Under the pieces are notes generated by a model, which was given only the letters and a program-made list of their open reading frames with translations, was not told where the DNA came from and did no database searches. From Lobosporangium transversale (Eukaryota): 64,000 bases of DNA. The DNA lies in the NCBI RefSeq assembly GCF_002105155.1, contig NW_019028992.1, positions 620,001 to 684,000 of the forward strand, written 5' to 3'. Positions 26,309 to 39,366 of this stretch are shown in pieces. The position numbers were made by a program, and so were the translations under genes. Position 1 is the stretch's first letter, and each line of letters starts with the position of its first letter.

Positions 26309-27870
26309 GAAGGGTGATAAGATGAAAAAGAAAATTTTTTTTTTTTAAAAATGAATCAAAAATGAGGGGAGGGGAAAGCTCTTCACACACTTTCTTTCTC
26401 TCACACTCACACTCGCATTTGCACACTCCACGCTTTCAACTACTCTAGCAGACACACACACAGAGCTCAATTCAACTTTAACGAGGGAGCTATCTGATGA
26501 TGTGGAAAAAAAAAAAAAAAAAAAAAAAAAAAATGTATAACGTAAAGTGGCGATGTTTTGTACGTAAAGTTAATGTGAATGAATGTTGGAACAGAAAAAA
26601 TAAATAAAAATAGAAAGATAGTAAGTGGCAGGTTAGATGGCCTGGAGAACTGGATGAATTGGGGACAAATGAGAATGAGTGTGCTGTGCCATGCAAGACA
26701 TGGCTTCTGTGTAGAAGAGAAGGAAGAGGAAGAGAAATAGAGCAGCAACACAAGGAGCGGGTAAAAAAAAATAATAATGTCTGTGATGGGCGGATGACGC
26801 AGAGTAAAAAGAGAAAGACAAAGGGCGATGCGTTTTTAGGTCAGATCATTCGATACGAGCATGCAATGCAATGCCACTGATTTGTCCTTTAAACAAAGAT
26901 TGGGCAATTGGAAAAGAAATACAGAAAGAAAACAATCATTGACCATTGATCGTCAAAGTAAGAGATACCATGGATTTATACAAGCTCACTGAAAAGCTTG
27001 ACAGGGGGATCGATGGTCATGATGATGATGTTTATGTGAAGTTTTTTATCCGCATTTTCATCCGCCTCGCCCAGTCAAGTCTAGCTCATAGTGCGTCTCT
27101 GCTCTTGTCTTCAACGTTCCAAGCAAATCTTTGCAGGAAATGAATCCCAACGACAATCGCATTAATCGATAACTTATCTCATATTTATTCAACCGCAACA
27201 TCCCTTTTTTATCCTCAGGAACAATCCTCGGGTCGATTGTACTGAAAAAAAAAAAAAAAAAAAAAAAAAATAGAACTCCATTGACGCACGCGTAGCAAAA
27301 AATAGAAAGGAAAGGGGGGGGGTTGCTTCAAAATGCAAGCACAGACATGGACATTGACATTGACATTGATGGATGCAGTTTTTTTTTATTTGTGAAATGT
27401 TATCAAAAATGCTCGCGTGCCAATTACAAATGGAGAGATAGCAGAGTAGCACAGAGGAATCAGTCAAAAATATAATGACTGATGGACATGAACACCTTTG
27501 TCCCTTTGTCCTTCTTGGTAAAAAAGAGTTTTTCTTTTTCTTCATTTTTTTTTTTACAAATCACTTTGTTTGTCTGATTGCATGGAGCAAAATGCATGTG
27601 CAAATTAACTGATGAACATCTGTCCACAGGGATGCTCTCTTTTATTTTTTTTATTTGTTTGTTTTGTTGTTTTGTTTATTCATTGTTCTGTCTTCAGATT
27701 GACAATCATTCTACTTTTCCCAATGGATTCAGCCCTGGAGCTGGCTCTTTCAATCTTTTTACTATTCAATCTTTTAAGAAAGTGAGGGTCACCAGACTAG
27801 TGCAGGAATATTACCTCTTTGTCCTCCAAATTTATTGCTGCTCTCTCCGCATTAATGAGAAAAGACAACT

Positions 27871-27915
27871 CCATGGAGCGTCACTATTCACCATGGAGCG
27901 TCACTATTCACCATG
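27871..27915. repeat. 20-bp tandem duplication CCATGGAGCGTCACTATTCA x2 plus CCATG
   Basis: Read directly, about 200 bp downstream of the PMC1 stop. Confidence 0.9.
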
Positions 27916-28111
27916 CCTTGCACGATTGACTCCTTGATGGTGGTTTGTTTACTTGGATGCTAGATATGCCAGATCAAGAGATTTCCGTGCTTTGGCCAAA
28001 GTAAGGCTCTTTTTTTATTATTACTATTGTCTCTATTAGTTTACTACGGAGGTATTCTGACAAAGGGACATTGCTTTTAGGGCTATGTACCAATCACCCT
28101 TTCAGAAAGGT

Positions 28112-30472
28112 TTATATTCGTGTCGCTTGTGAGTGTGGATTTGAAGTACTCTGACGCGATCCCATAGTATTAGAACGTGGACTTGACATTGTCCCATGAT
28201 CACCATGATGCCTCAGACCCGTTGCTGTTCGAGGTACCCATCCTGCTCCCACAGATGTGGCCACCAAGGACGGAACCATGGCTCCTGCATGCATCAAATG
28301 TCGATCCTCCGCCATGGCTTTCGTTCCTGATAGCCGGCCTCCACGGATCGCCTTGAAAACCTGTAGCTCTGACCGCACTTTTGTAATCGCAGAATTCCAA
28401 ACAAGTCCCGCATCACCAGCACTAGCTCCACCACTGGAAGTCATTATGGAGCCTGGTCGGTCAGATGTCACTGATCTAGGTATCGAGTTGACGCGCCCAA
28501 CTTCGAAATAGGGCAGCCCACCGGCACTATAGGGAAGATTTGTTTGCATTGGCCGGTTTACCCAGTCTCGAAGGGACCCAAACAGTTCCTCAGGAACCAA
28601 ACGGATAATCACACCCACAGGAATCGAAAGCACTCCCAAGAGAATACAAATCAACCACTGAATACCACCGAGCTTTTCAGTCCCAAGTGCAGACCCTCCA
28701 AACTCAACAATGATTACCTGGAAAACAACCATTATCACAAAGATGGTCATGAAATATCGGTTCCGAAAAATACCTGAAAAGATATTAAGATGGTTATCTA
28801 GTCGACGGCAGTTCACCTCGTTGAAAATCTGAAGGAATACAAACGTGTTGAATACCATTGTGTCCAGCTCTTGACGCTTGAACCCTGTGTATGCATCTTT
28901 CACCTTGGGGTTCTGAACGATCTTATCCCGTAGATAATCGGGGGTCTCGTCATAGTTGAAGATGTCCATGCCTGCGTATTCGAGCACGAAGGTCACTACG
29001 AGCTGCAAGATCGCTTGACCCAAGATCATCTTCCACATCGTGAAATTGATTAACGGTGCTGTACGAGGTTCTGGCTGTCGATCTAACAAATCTATTGTCG
29101 GAGGATCTGTCGCCAATGCCAGTGCTGCTAATGTATCCATAATTAAGTTGATCCAAAGCAATTGGACTGCAGACATGACGGGCTTTTGCTTCTCAGAGAC
29201 CACAGCCGTAACCAATGTCAGGATGACTGCCGTCACATTCACAGTCAGCTGGAACTGCAGGAATTTTTTGACCGCATCATTCACAGCTCTCCCCCAAAGA
29301 ATGGCTTTTACAATGCTTGAAAAATTGTCATCCATCAAAATAATAGCTGATGCTTCCTTAGCCACTTCTGTACCCGCAATACCCATTGAAAAGCCTACAT
29401 CTGACATCTTGAGCGCTGGACCATCGTTCGTTCCATCACCTGTCACAGCCACAATCTCCCCCATGGCCTTCAGATGACTCACTAAGATCTTTTTATCCTC
29501 GGGACTGGATCGAGCCAAGACTTGCAACCTAGGGATGACGGCATCCATTTCCTCGTTGCTGAGAGCACGGAACTTGGGACCCTCCATGATGATGCCTCCC
29601 TGAGTGTAGATACCGCATTGCCTTGCGATTGATTTGGCTGTTAGGATATTGTCGCCCGTCACCATGCGGACAAAAACACCTGCACGCTGACACGCAAGGA
29701 CAGCTTCAGGCACACCTTCGCGCAGAGGATCCTCAATACCGACAATCCCGACCAATGTCAGGTTACCCTCTGCTACCGCGGAAAATGGCACCTCACCGTC
29801 TTCCCCGAGCTCAATGCCCACTGGTGGCCATGAATCAAAATCTCTATAGGCGATGCCAATGGTTCGGAGTGATTGTATGGCATACGAGATAATGGTCTTT
29901 TGTACTGTTGTTTGAAGCTCTTCTGTCAACTCCAATTCAGTGATCCCTGTCACACAGCCCTTCTCTGACAAGGATGGTACGCCTGCATCGTCGCCGTTGT
30001 GTTCCGAACTATTGATCTTCAAAACCTTATTACACCGTTTCATGATAATCTCAGACGCACCCTTGGCATGCAACCTGAATTTGCTAGGTCCCATCTGTAC
30101 AATCGTAGCCATGGACTTGCGTTCAGATGAGAATGGAAACAAATGAACCACAGGCGCGGATTCTCGTAGCTGTCGATAGTCTGGGCCTCCAATTTTCTTA
30201 GAGAAATCTAAAAGCGCCACTTCGGTTTTGGATCCAACAAACGATAAGTTACCCTTATCATCTCCACTCTCGAATGCAGAAGAATTAATAGCAATGGTCT
30301 CATGTATGAGTGCTGTGGTAGCAGGGGATAAATTGTCGACAAGTTGACTCATAGGGACGGCATTTCGATTGATAGGGATCGATGCACGCGCGCTTGATTC
30401 CCCCTCAGGTATGTCTGCGCTGAAGCGCATATTGGCTCCAAGCGTCCCTGCCACAATAGTCATCCTGAATAG

Positions 30473-30505
<33 letters not shown>

Positions 30506-33056
30506 TCCTGTACCGTTAGCTTGGAATTCGATATACAGGACAAAGACAAAAATAAGCTTAGTAGACAATGGTAACAATGAGCACTTTGTATCTTACTTGT
30601 TTTGAGTCAAAGTACCAGTTTTATCAGAACAGATGGTGGTCGCGTTACCCATAGTCTCGCACGCAGCTAGAACACGGACTAGGTTATTATCTTTGAGCAT
30701 TCGTGTGGTTGCAAAGGCAAGTGCAAGTGTCACGGCCAAGGGCAGGCCCTCAGGCACAGCCACAACCACAACTGTCACCGCTGCAATGATAATGTCGACC
30801 AAGCTCTTGACAATGTCCGCAGTATTAGGGACGCCCTTTTTCTTAAATCCAACAAAGTATCGGATAATCAAGATAATCAGCATGAGCAAAGCAGCCATAC
30901 TACCCAACTTGGCGATCCTTTCTGCCAAAAGATTCAATTTCACCTGTAAGGGCGTGTCCTCAGATTCAGTCCGTAACGATATCATGGTCTTTCCATGAAA
31001 ACTGTTTGGACCAACACCGGTGACCACATAGATGCCTACACCTTCCAAGACTTTTGATCCAGAGATAATAAATGGGTCGACTTGATGGATTCCATGAGTC
31101 GGTTCTGTAATGACTTCGATCCCCTCGTGGTTGACTTGGATTGTGCTATGACCTCTGCCCTTAGAAGGAACAGCCGCTTCAGCTTCAGCCACAGCCTGTT
31201 CAAGCCTCAAAAGGTCTTCAAAAGTCACTTTCTTGACCGCGTCCGATTCTCCTGTCATAGCGGATTCATCACACTTGAGGTTATGCCCACCGAGATAGAT
31301 TCCATCAGCAGCGATGACATCGCCAGGTTCCAAATGAACGATGTCTCCAACTAAGATATCAAATACTGACAAAAGGACCGTTTCACCGTTTCGAATTGCC
31401 TTTTTTTGTAGCAAGAACAATAAAAAAAAAAAGACTTTTTGAGGTATTTCCTCACAATACATAATACTCTCATTCCTCATTCCATAATATACCATTATGT
31501 TACACCATTATAATGAAAGCATCGATTTTTGTTACTTCAGAAGATTCTTTTTGTTCGTTTTTTTTTTCTTTTACAACACTTCTTTACCTTGACTTCACGA
31601 TCTTCCTTTTTGGCATTCAGTTTACGGAATTGGGCCTCCTTTTGATAATCATTAATAGAACCGACCAAGACAACGATGATGACAGCTACCAAGATAGCCA
31701 CACCCTCGACCCAAGAGATCTTTGGATCCGTAGCATAATAGGATGTGTAATCCTTATGGAAGCGCTCTGTCGCCTCATGCTTCATACCATAATCTTCATA
31801 AATGCCTAATCCGATCGAAATAACTGCTGCTGCGAGTAACAGGAGCTGAAAGGGGAAAATAATAAAAAGGTGAATGAAGGAGGTCAGTTGATTGAGATGC
31901 ATTCTGAGAATTCCAATAAAAATAAATAAATAAAGAAAGAAAGAGTAATGCAGAATGTAGCTGGGGCTGGATAAACAATACAAAGTGAAGGAACTGTAAA
32001 GACTGTAATAAAGACAGGCAGACAAAGTGTTTGTAAAGACCCAAGCCGAAGGTATGGTCCCTCAAAGTAAAATTGGTGGGGACACAAAGAAACGCACGGA
32101 CGCGTTCGTTTGTGGGGAGAGGAGAGAGCGAGGATGGCCCATGCACTCAAGACCAGTGCACTGAATGGAATGTGGTACTGTGAAATGTCAAAGCAATTTT
32201 AAATTGAAGCATGATACATAACAACTTGTTGTAGGCATCATAATAATGAAAATCAAATACTTGCCAGAATCTTCTCCTGCAAAGCAATCCACATCAACTG
32301 GAATATTGACTTTGATTTTCTCTTGGGAAGCACATTCTGACCAAAATAATGGATACGGTCCTCAAAAGAGACTACGGTGGTATCAATATTGCCTGATCGA
32401 TATACTGAGGATGGTGTTGCTACTGTCGCTGCTGCTGCCTCTTCTCTTGGTCCTGGTCCTGGTCCTGGTTCTGATCCTGAATTTTCTCCTAATGTTGTTT
32501 TTTCACCATCTCTTGATAATCCTCCAGCTCCCACAGGCTTTTTCTCAACCATTTCATCTGCAACCTTCACATCCCTCAAGGGCTCGATGCCTGCTGTGGA
32601 TAAACCTTTGACAGGATTAGCAAATAAACCCGCTAGAATGCCTTCGGGCCCTCCATAGGCACTTAATTTCTCTGGTGCTTTTGGATCGATCAAGTCCATC
32701 AGCTCTTCTGGGGTGAACGCAAAGGGACCGTTGTTGTTGGGTTTGGAAGGGGGTGGTTGAGGAGCGGTAATGTCATTGTAGTTGTTCTTTTGGGTAAACT
32801 GCTGTTGGGGCTCTAAATGAGATGGTAACGAGCTCTTGTGAGGTTCTGTTGCTGCTGATGGTAATAGTGTCATTGAAGCATGGTCTATGAAAGGATTGGT
32901 TACAAGTTGTTCCTGTTCCTGTTGTTGTCGATGTGGTTGGTATTCCTGCAGTTGTTGATTCTCGCCACCAGAAAGCCTGTTTTCAGTCGGAGGTGGAGAT
33001 GAGATAGTTTCATGGACTTGAATTACACTATCAGGACCTAGTTCCCCCTTATCCAT
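28112..33056 (-). CDS. PMC1: P2B-type (PMCA/Pmc1) Ca2+-transporting ATPase (multi-exon)
   Basis: DESAMTGES, VAVPEGLPLAVTLALAF, phosphorylation motif CSDKTGTLT, KGASE, MVTGDN, GDGTNDGPAL, QFQLTVN, NEVNCRR. Confidence 0.95.
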
Positions 33057-33869
33057 ACTGGCGTCAGATAGTTGGCTAGATTGGTATCTTCCTTGTTTCT
33101 TCTTATTCTTTTTATTGTCTCCTGTTCAAGCAACAGTGAGTTACACAGGACAAGGTATCAGCGTCTTGCTGTTACATGCAATACCTCAATACAGCAAGTC
33201 AGGGGGGAGAAGTGAATAGCACGGCGGATAGGGGTGTGTAAGGATGAAAGTGTGGTGAATATGAATGGGTAACGGCAAGGAAAGAGAATCGGAAATAAAA
33301 ACTGAAGGAATAAATGGATGGATAAAAAAATAAAAAAAAAAAAAAAAAAAAAAAAGAGTGAAACAGATAGCTGCTAAAAAGTGGCATGGGTACAATCGGG
33401 AATGGATAGTATGGATAGTTGAATAGAATAGACAAGGGTTCGTTATTCTATATTAATACTCGGGCTGCTTGAATGCGTGGGTGCGCAGACAATGACACGC
33501 AGCTCTGCGACCTTTTTTGTTTTTTTTTTTCCCGACTGTCTTGTCCATGTAACTCTTTATTTTTTCGAGAAGCCTCAGCTGTCTTGAATACGCTCAAGAC
33601 AAAGCTGTGTTGGCTGCATGATACTTGGTAGTAACTAAGTCCAAATCTGTTTCAGGTCCTGAATGTGCTTTAACAAAACAAAATAACACAATGTATAAGA
33701 ACAGATAAAAAGAAAAGAAAAGAAAAATGTGGCATATAATAACTTAACAGTGGAATGAGCACCTTGACCAGCTACTAAAAGCTGGAGACAAAATAGACTC
33801 GATGAAGTTATTAATGAATGTGTCTTCGTTGACCCAGCTCCCTTTAGCCTGCCAGTCAAAGATCAATCC

Positions 33870-34600
33870 AGAGTCTTGACCCTCCCAAAATCACGTTAAT
33901 TGCCCAAAAGATAACGGATGAAGGCACCATGGGTTTCTTTGAGAGCCATCCCTGCAGCTCCTCGGAGCTATCGATTGAGACACGAGCAGCCAAGCGAGGT
34001 ATTAGATACAACTCAGAATTTTACACCAGTAGGTTGCAAGGTGGAAATCCTGCTGCATAACATGGGCTGATAATGCTTTAGTATCAGTGCAGGGCCTTAA
34101 TATCATGGCAATAACAAATAACACGAAATTATTGCAGTGTCGTAATTGAATCATAGACTTTTGCTTAAGTGATACTTACGGGATCCAATCAAGGGTAATA
34201 GCGGCTTTTGAATCACTTTCACTCTTCTATATCGCATTAACTCTTCTGATACATCTTAATTGCCAACTAAAATTCGGTTTTCGGAGCCCCCTGACAATGA
34301 GTTTGAGTTCGTACCAGCTTCAATAAGTCGACCAATGCTTTTTCGATTCTGGAAGCTCGCCAGCATGATCATATTTATTTTTTTCCCTCCCCTCGAAGGA
34401 TGTCCCTTGGTAATGAAGCCGTTGTCATTAAAGTCCCGAGAAGACGGAAAGTCATCCAGCAGGTCTAAGTATTGACGCTTCTTATCATTTAAAAGTCATT
34501 CACTATCCTCCAGAGAGCCTCTATCGCTAGCCGACTTGACAAAACCATCCTCGATTTTAAAGAGCCCAGTGCAGAATATTGGGTTCCTTAACGTCTTTGA
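33870..34600 (-). pseudogene. Decayed fragment of a multicopy gene family (resembles Mucoromycota nuclease-fold/CRN-like genes)
   Basis: Coding-like minus-strand stretch with stops and frameshifts (...NRILVGN*DVSEELMRYRR...ITLDWIP followed by a gtaagt donor). Boundaries approximate. Confidence 0.35.
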
Positions 34601-36626
34601 CGTTTCTGCTAACCACCAATATGGATGCAATATAATACTTGGTTTTAGATTCAATCATCCCTCGTTGAGAGAATAGGAGGATTGAAAACATCGATACTCA
34701 GACTAAGCTTTCGCTGTTGAGACAGAAGGTATATATATATACCTTGTACAGTTGTATAAACCACTAAGATATAGAATAGAGAAGAGTGATGGGGTAGATG
34801 ATTGTAGAGCTGAAAGGAAGAAAGAGGAAAAAGAGCAGTTTTAAAGCATAAAAGCTTCAACATCATTGCACAGACTGCCGTGTTGGCTCTAGATTACTAG
34901 TTAAGGAAATTTGTCTACCGAAAGAAGCTGGTATTTCGTGAGCTATAAACAGACGCGTTGCCAACGTGTGTTTTTGAACTTTAAATTGATGTGGCATTGA
35001 ATTAGGTGTGTAAATACACCATGTACATGTACATGCAGTAATCAGTTTGAGAATTTTTTTTTATGTCCCACGAGACCATGTTCATTTTATGAAGGTGCTA
35101 GACAGGAGCATTATCCTTTGATTCAGAAGAGTCATGATGTTTTTATGAAGAACAGAGTCTTTTTTTTCGATGAATCAAGATGTTCAATCACTAGGCAAAA
35201 GATCACTATCAAAAAAGCAGACCCTGTGCTGATAGTAATGTTTGACATTTTAAAAAGATGGAGGCTTATCGATAACTGATTCAAATATTGTGATGGTTGA
35301 TTATCTACAAGCCAGTATTGAAATCGGATGTGTTCTCTATGTGTCCTGGATGTGTTTACACACACCCAATTCAATGGCACCTTCTAAATTTGATGGACCT
35401 AAGCCCTAGCTTAGCAGTTGTCCTCTGACATTAATTTACGCCAATTTACTCGAAAGAAAAGAAATCTATTCTAGTATAGACGTCCAGGGGATGATGGAGG
35501 GCGGTTTGCCTTCACAAGACCATGTTTTACAAAGATTGAGTATATCAAAATCAAAAAGTGGTATTACTACCTGTACTTTGACTAGAACCCATGGCCACAC
35601 TCTTCAAAGTTGGAATCGGTTTTGGAGACAAAAACCTCTATTACAACCAGTCCACAACGCACAGACATGGCGGCAGAAATTTATTCTTTGTTGAATTAAG
35701 GAATCGCTCATAAGCATTTTTTTTTGTTTTTGTTTATCTTACACAATGAACGGTCTGTGCAATGTAATGGGTGATCAGTCAGCCATCTGTGACACAACTC
35801 GATGACCAAACAGTAACGCAGTGTTACTGTTAATGGGTGAATGGGGATTCCGCTGTCTTTGAGTTGTCATGACATCCATTATCTAAAACTCATTGATTAT
35901 TAAAAGAAATCTCTTTATAATTAGGCTATGCATCTTTTCAACTCTAGGGCTCGTTCAAGGCTGGAGATGCAAAAACCGGTTTCGAGAGAAGAGGATTTAT
36001 GCGGGAATACGCATTCACTTTCATGTGGATTTGCCTGGTTCAAAAGAAAGAAGTAAGGAAGGGAAAGAAGAAAGGGAGCGAGAAGAATGAAGGCTTCATA
36101 TGACCATGAATAGCTCCGTCCTAAAAGTAAAATCAAAGTAAAGCAAAAGTTGTTAAACAGAGGACAAGAGGAAGATGTTGGGATGATTCATCGGATCCTT
36201 GGACTATTTATTGCTTGCATGCAGACAATGCAGACATGCAGAAGAAATCCTTCGTTAGCTCCGTGTCCTCTAATTAAACCCCCTCCTCTCCCTGAACAAC
36301 TTTTAAAGACAAAATCCCTGCTATTTCATTGGCAGGTCATGTCCTCGCGTCTGTAGCATTTGCCTTGTGAAATTGTGTGATTGGGAGTTTTATTTTGCCG
36401 CAACTTCCTTCTTTCCTCTTTCTTGTTCTTTCTTTCCTTGGCATTCTCATTCTCATTCTCATTCACTCATTTCGTTTCTCTCTTGTCTTGGCACTAGCAC
36501 TGTCACCAACAAGTCACTCTTGACCCCTCTTTCCACATTTATATATTTATATACTTTCAAACTTCCAACAACACTTTTTTTTTTTTTTTTTTTTTTTTTT
36601 ACCGCAGATATCATATCCTGAGCAAA

Positions 36627-36792
36627 ATGATTGCTCCGGTTCCTCAGGGCGACACAGCAGCCGAGGAGACGAGGTCTTTGCTCGCACGAAGCAATGGGCC
36701 CAACACAAAGCCAAGTTCCGTTATTAACAGGATCAGAAAGGCACCACTTACAGTTGCATTTGTGGTGGCCACCGCTCTCTTCACAGACATGG

Positions 36793-36830
<38 letters not shown>

Positions 36831-39207
36831 CTTTCATCGTTTTTCTTAAAAAAAAACAAGAGGCTACGTCAAGTCGAACGATGAGGAAGAGCAGGATCAT
36901 CAGTTGAAGCCGAAAACTGATAATCTTTCTGTATCTCACACCTTGATCTTTTATTTTTTGTAAACCATGTTTTTTGTTTTTAGGTTGTATACGGTGTAGT
37001 CGTTCCACTTCTACCTATCATTGTCAAGGGTCGTCTCGGTGGTACCTCCAGCGATGTGGGTCTCTTGTTTGCTTCTTATGGTAAGAAAAAAGTACTCTTT
37101 GTCATAGCAGTATCTTTCACATCTCATCTTCCTTTGCTCGGACGAAAACGTTTTCTGGAACCAGAATGTAAACAAAGCCATGGATGTCAAAGGAGATCAA
37201 CAACCCTATTAGTGTAACTTTTTTTTTTTAACTTCCTCCAGTCGAATGCTCTCATTTTGGGTTTACTGAAATCTTGTGTCCGAGGGAAGCCATGTGATAA
37301 GATCTGTCCAAACGGAAGACGGGAATAGTTGGGATAGAAAAACTGCTTTATTACTTCTTCTCACCACCGTCAATTCTCAGGACCAAAAAAAAAAAAAAAA
37401 AAAAAAAAAAGATGATATTCGACAGCCACCATCCACTAGAAAAGCTTACACAAATAAGACTTATATTAATGACCATCCATACATGATTTTCATTTCATAT
37501 CAAATAGCCATCGGTCTTCTTGCATCTACGCCTATCTTTGCGATCTTGAGTGACAAGTATCAAAATAGGAGGGTAAGTGATAGTAAGATAGTATTATCAT
37601 GACAACAATGTTGATCATTCATCCATGAGCACTGCCTTTCTTTTTCTTTTCAATTGTAATCGCGTAATCGCACGTCTGCATTGATATAACTCTCTTGTGG
37701 AAGAAGAAAAAGGCTAATTTTGGCTTAAACATGTATTTAAAAAAAAAAAAAAAAAAAAAAAAAACTCTTAGATACCCATGATGGTTGGAATGCTTGGGCT
37801 CGCTGTTGCAACTGTTGGATTCTCATTGGCAAGCAACTATTGGGTTCTCATCGTTGCTCGAATTGGTCAAGGCTCCGCAGGCGGAGCTTCATGGTACTGT
37901 TTTATATATATGTGTATATTTGTATTAAATTGATGGCCATCAAGGATTTTTTTTTTCTCACATGAATGTCTGTTATTACTATTGTTATTAATATTGTTAT
38001 TATTATTTCTTTTTTTTTTTTTTTTTTTTTTTTTTTTATCTACTATCAGGACGATCGGATTAGGAATGTTGGCTGATGTTTATCCTCCTAATAATCTTGG
38101 TACTGTGATGGGTGCGACAATGATGGCAAATACTATGGGATTTCTATTAGGACCCGTGGTTGGCGCATATTTTTATGAGTACCATGGATATAAGGCTCCA
38201 TTCATTTTCTGTGCAGTGCTCGCAACCCTGGATTTCCTTTGCATTCTCTTTATTGCAGAACCTGAAAAGAGGAATAATGTTATAGCCGTAAGCCCATCCA
38301 ACAGCTATAATGGTGATATTGAAGCACATGCTCAGGATGTTATTGACGATATTCCTAATCAACATCAGAAACATAAGCAAGCTGGAAGCAGTAGCAGCAG
38401 TAGCAGCAGCACTGGCGATGACTCGCAGTATGGAAGTGTACCAGGATCATCATCATCGTCCACAAATAGCTCAGCTGTTAAATCGAAGGATGATTCTAAC
38501 AAGAGTTGGACAGACGTATCCATGTACACCATTGCAAGTAACTGGACGATTACCTGCTGTCTATTGGCAACTTTTGTCGGTGGATGTGTATTCACAGGTA
38601 AGCAACCATGTTGCTCATCCTTTCTTGTTTCATTCTTTTTTTTAATATTAATTCATCTGCTTTTTGCTTGACTTCAATAGGATTGGAGCCTATCCTTCCT
38701 CTATATCTCGGAGATATGCTTCATGCAACTCCCACTCAAACAGGGCTTATCCTCATGGCCGCCGTTTTCCCATCCTTCCTTTCCTCTGTAATTGGGTACT
38801 ATGCAGATCGAGTCGGTCATTTTTACGTCTCCTTCGTCGGCATGGTGATCTTTGCGATTGCAGCGTTATCATTGGCTCTTCCAAAATCGTTTACCGCTTT
38901 TATCCTTCCATTAGCGCTCTTTGGCCTTGGATCCTCCATGGTCCAAACACCGTTGCTCCCAGCCATGGCAGATGTCGTCGTCAAGGAGGGTTGGAATGGT
39001 TTTGCAAAGACATATGCTCTCTACAACATGGTGTATTCTCTCAGTATGGCTGTAGGACCGACCATAGCCGGCTTTATCTATCAGGATTATAGTTTCCCAT
39101 TGACAATGGTGATGTTTGGTACCATGACCATTCTAGCTATACCAGTGGTCTACTCGGCACAAATCAAAGTATTTATTAACTACTTTATGAATGTTTTTAC
39201 GAGGTAG
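36627..39207 (+). CDS. Major facilitator superfamily transporter (SLC18/DHA1-like; 6 exons)
   Basis: Exons 36627-36791, 36984-37080, 37508-37572, 37772-37893, 38050-38597, 38681-39207. TALFTDMVVYGVVVPLLP, LSDKYQNRR, ARIGQG, GFLLGPVVG, GYYADRVG. Confidence 0.9.
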
Positions 39208-39366
39208 AAAAAAAAAAAAAAAAAAAAAAGAAAAGGAAAGAGCCATTTAAAATAAATTCAAGAGCATGAATACTGTATAATATACAAAATTGATGTTTCT
39301 ACATTTTTTTTTTTTTTTTTTTTTTTTTGTTTTTGTTTCCGAAGCTGCCAATTACTATCATTGTCC

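Noticed and set aside
34991..35380. Imperfect inverted repeat of about 30 bp suggesting an old MITE
   Set aside because: Several mismatches, unclear termini and no TSD.
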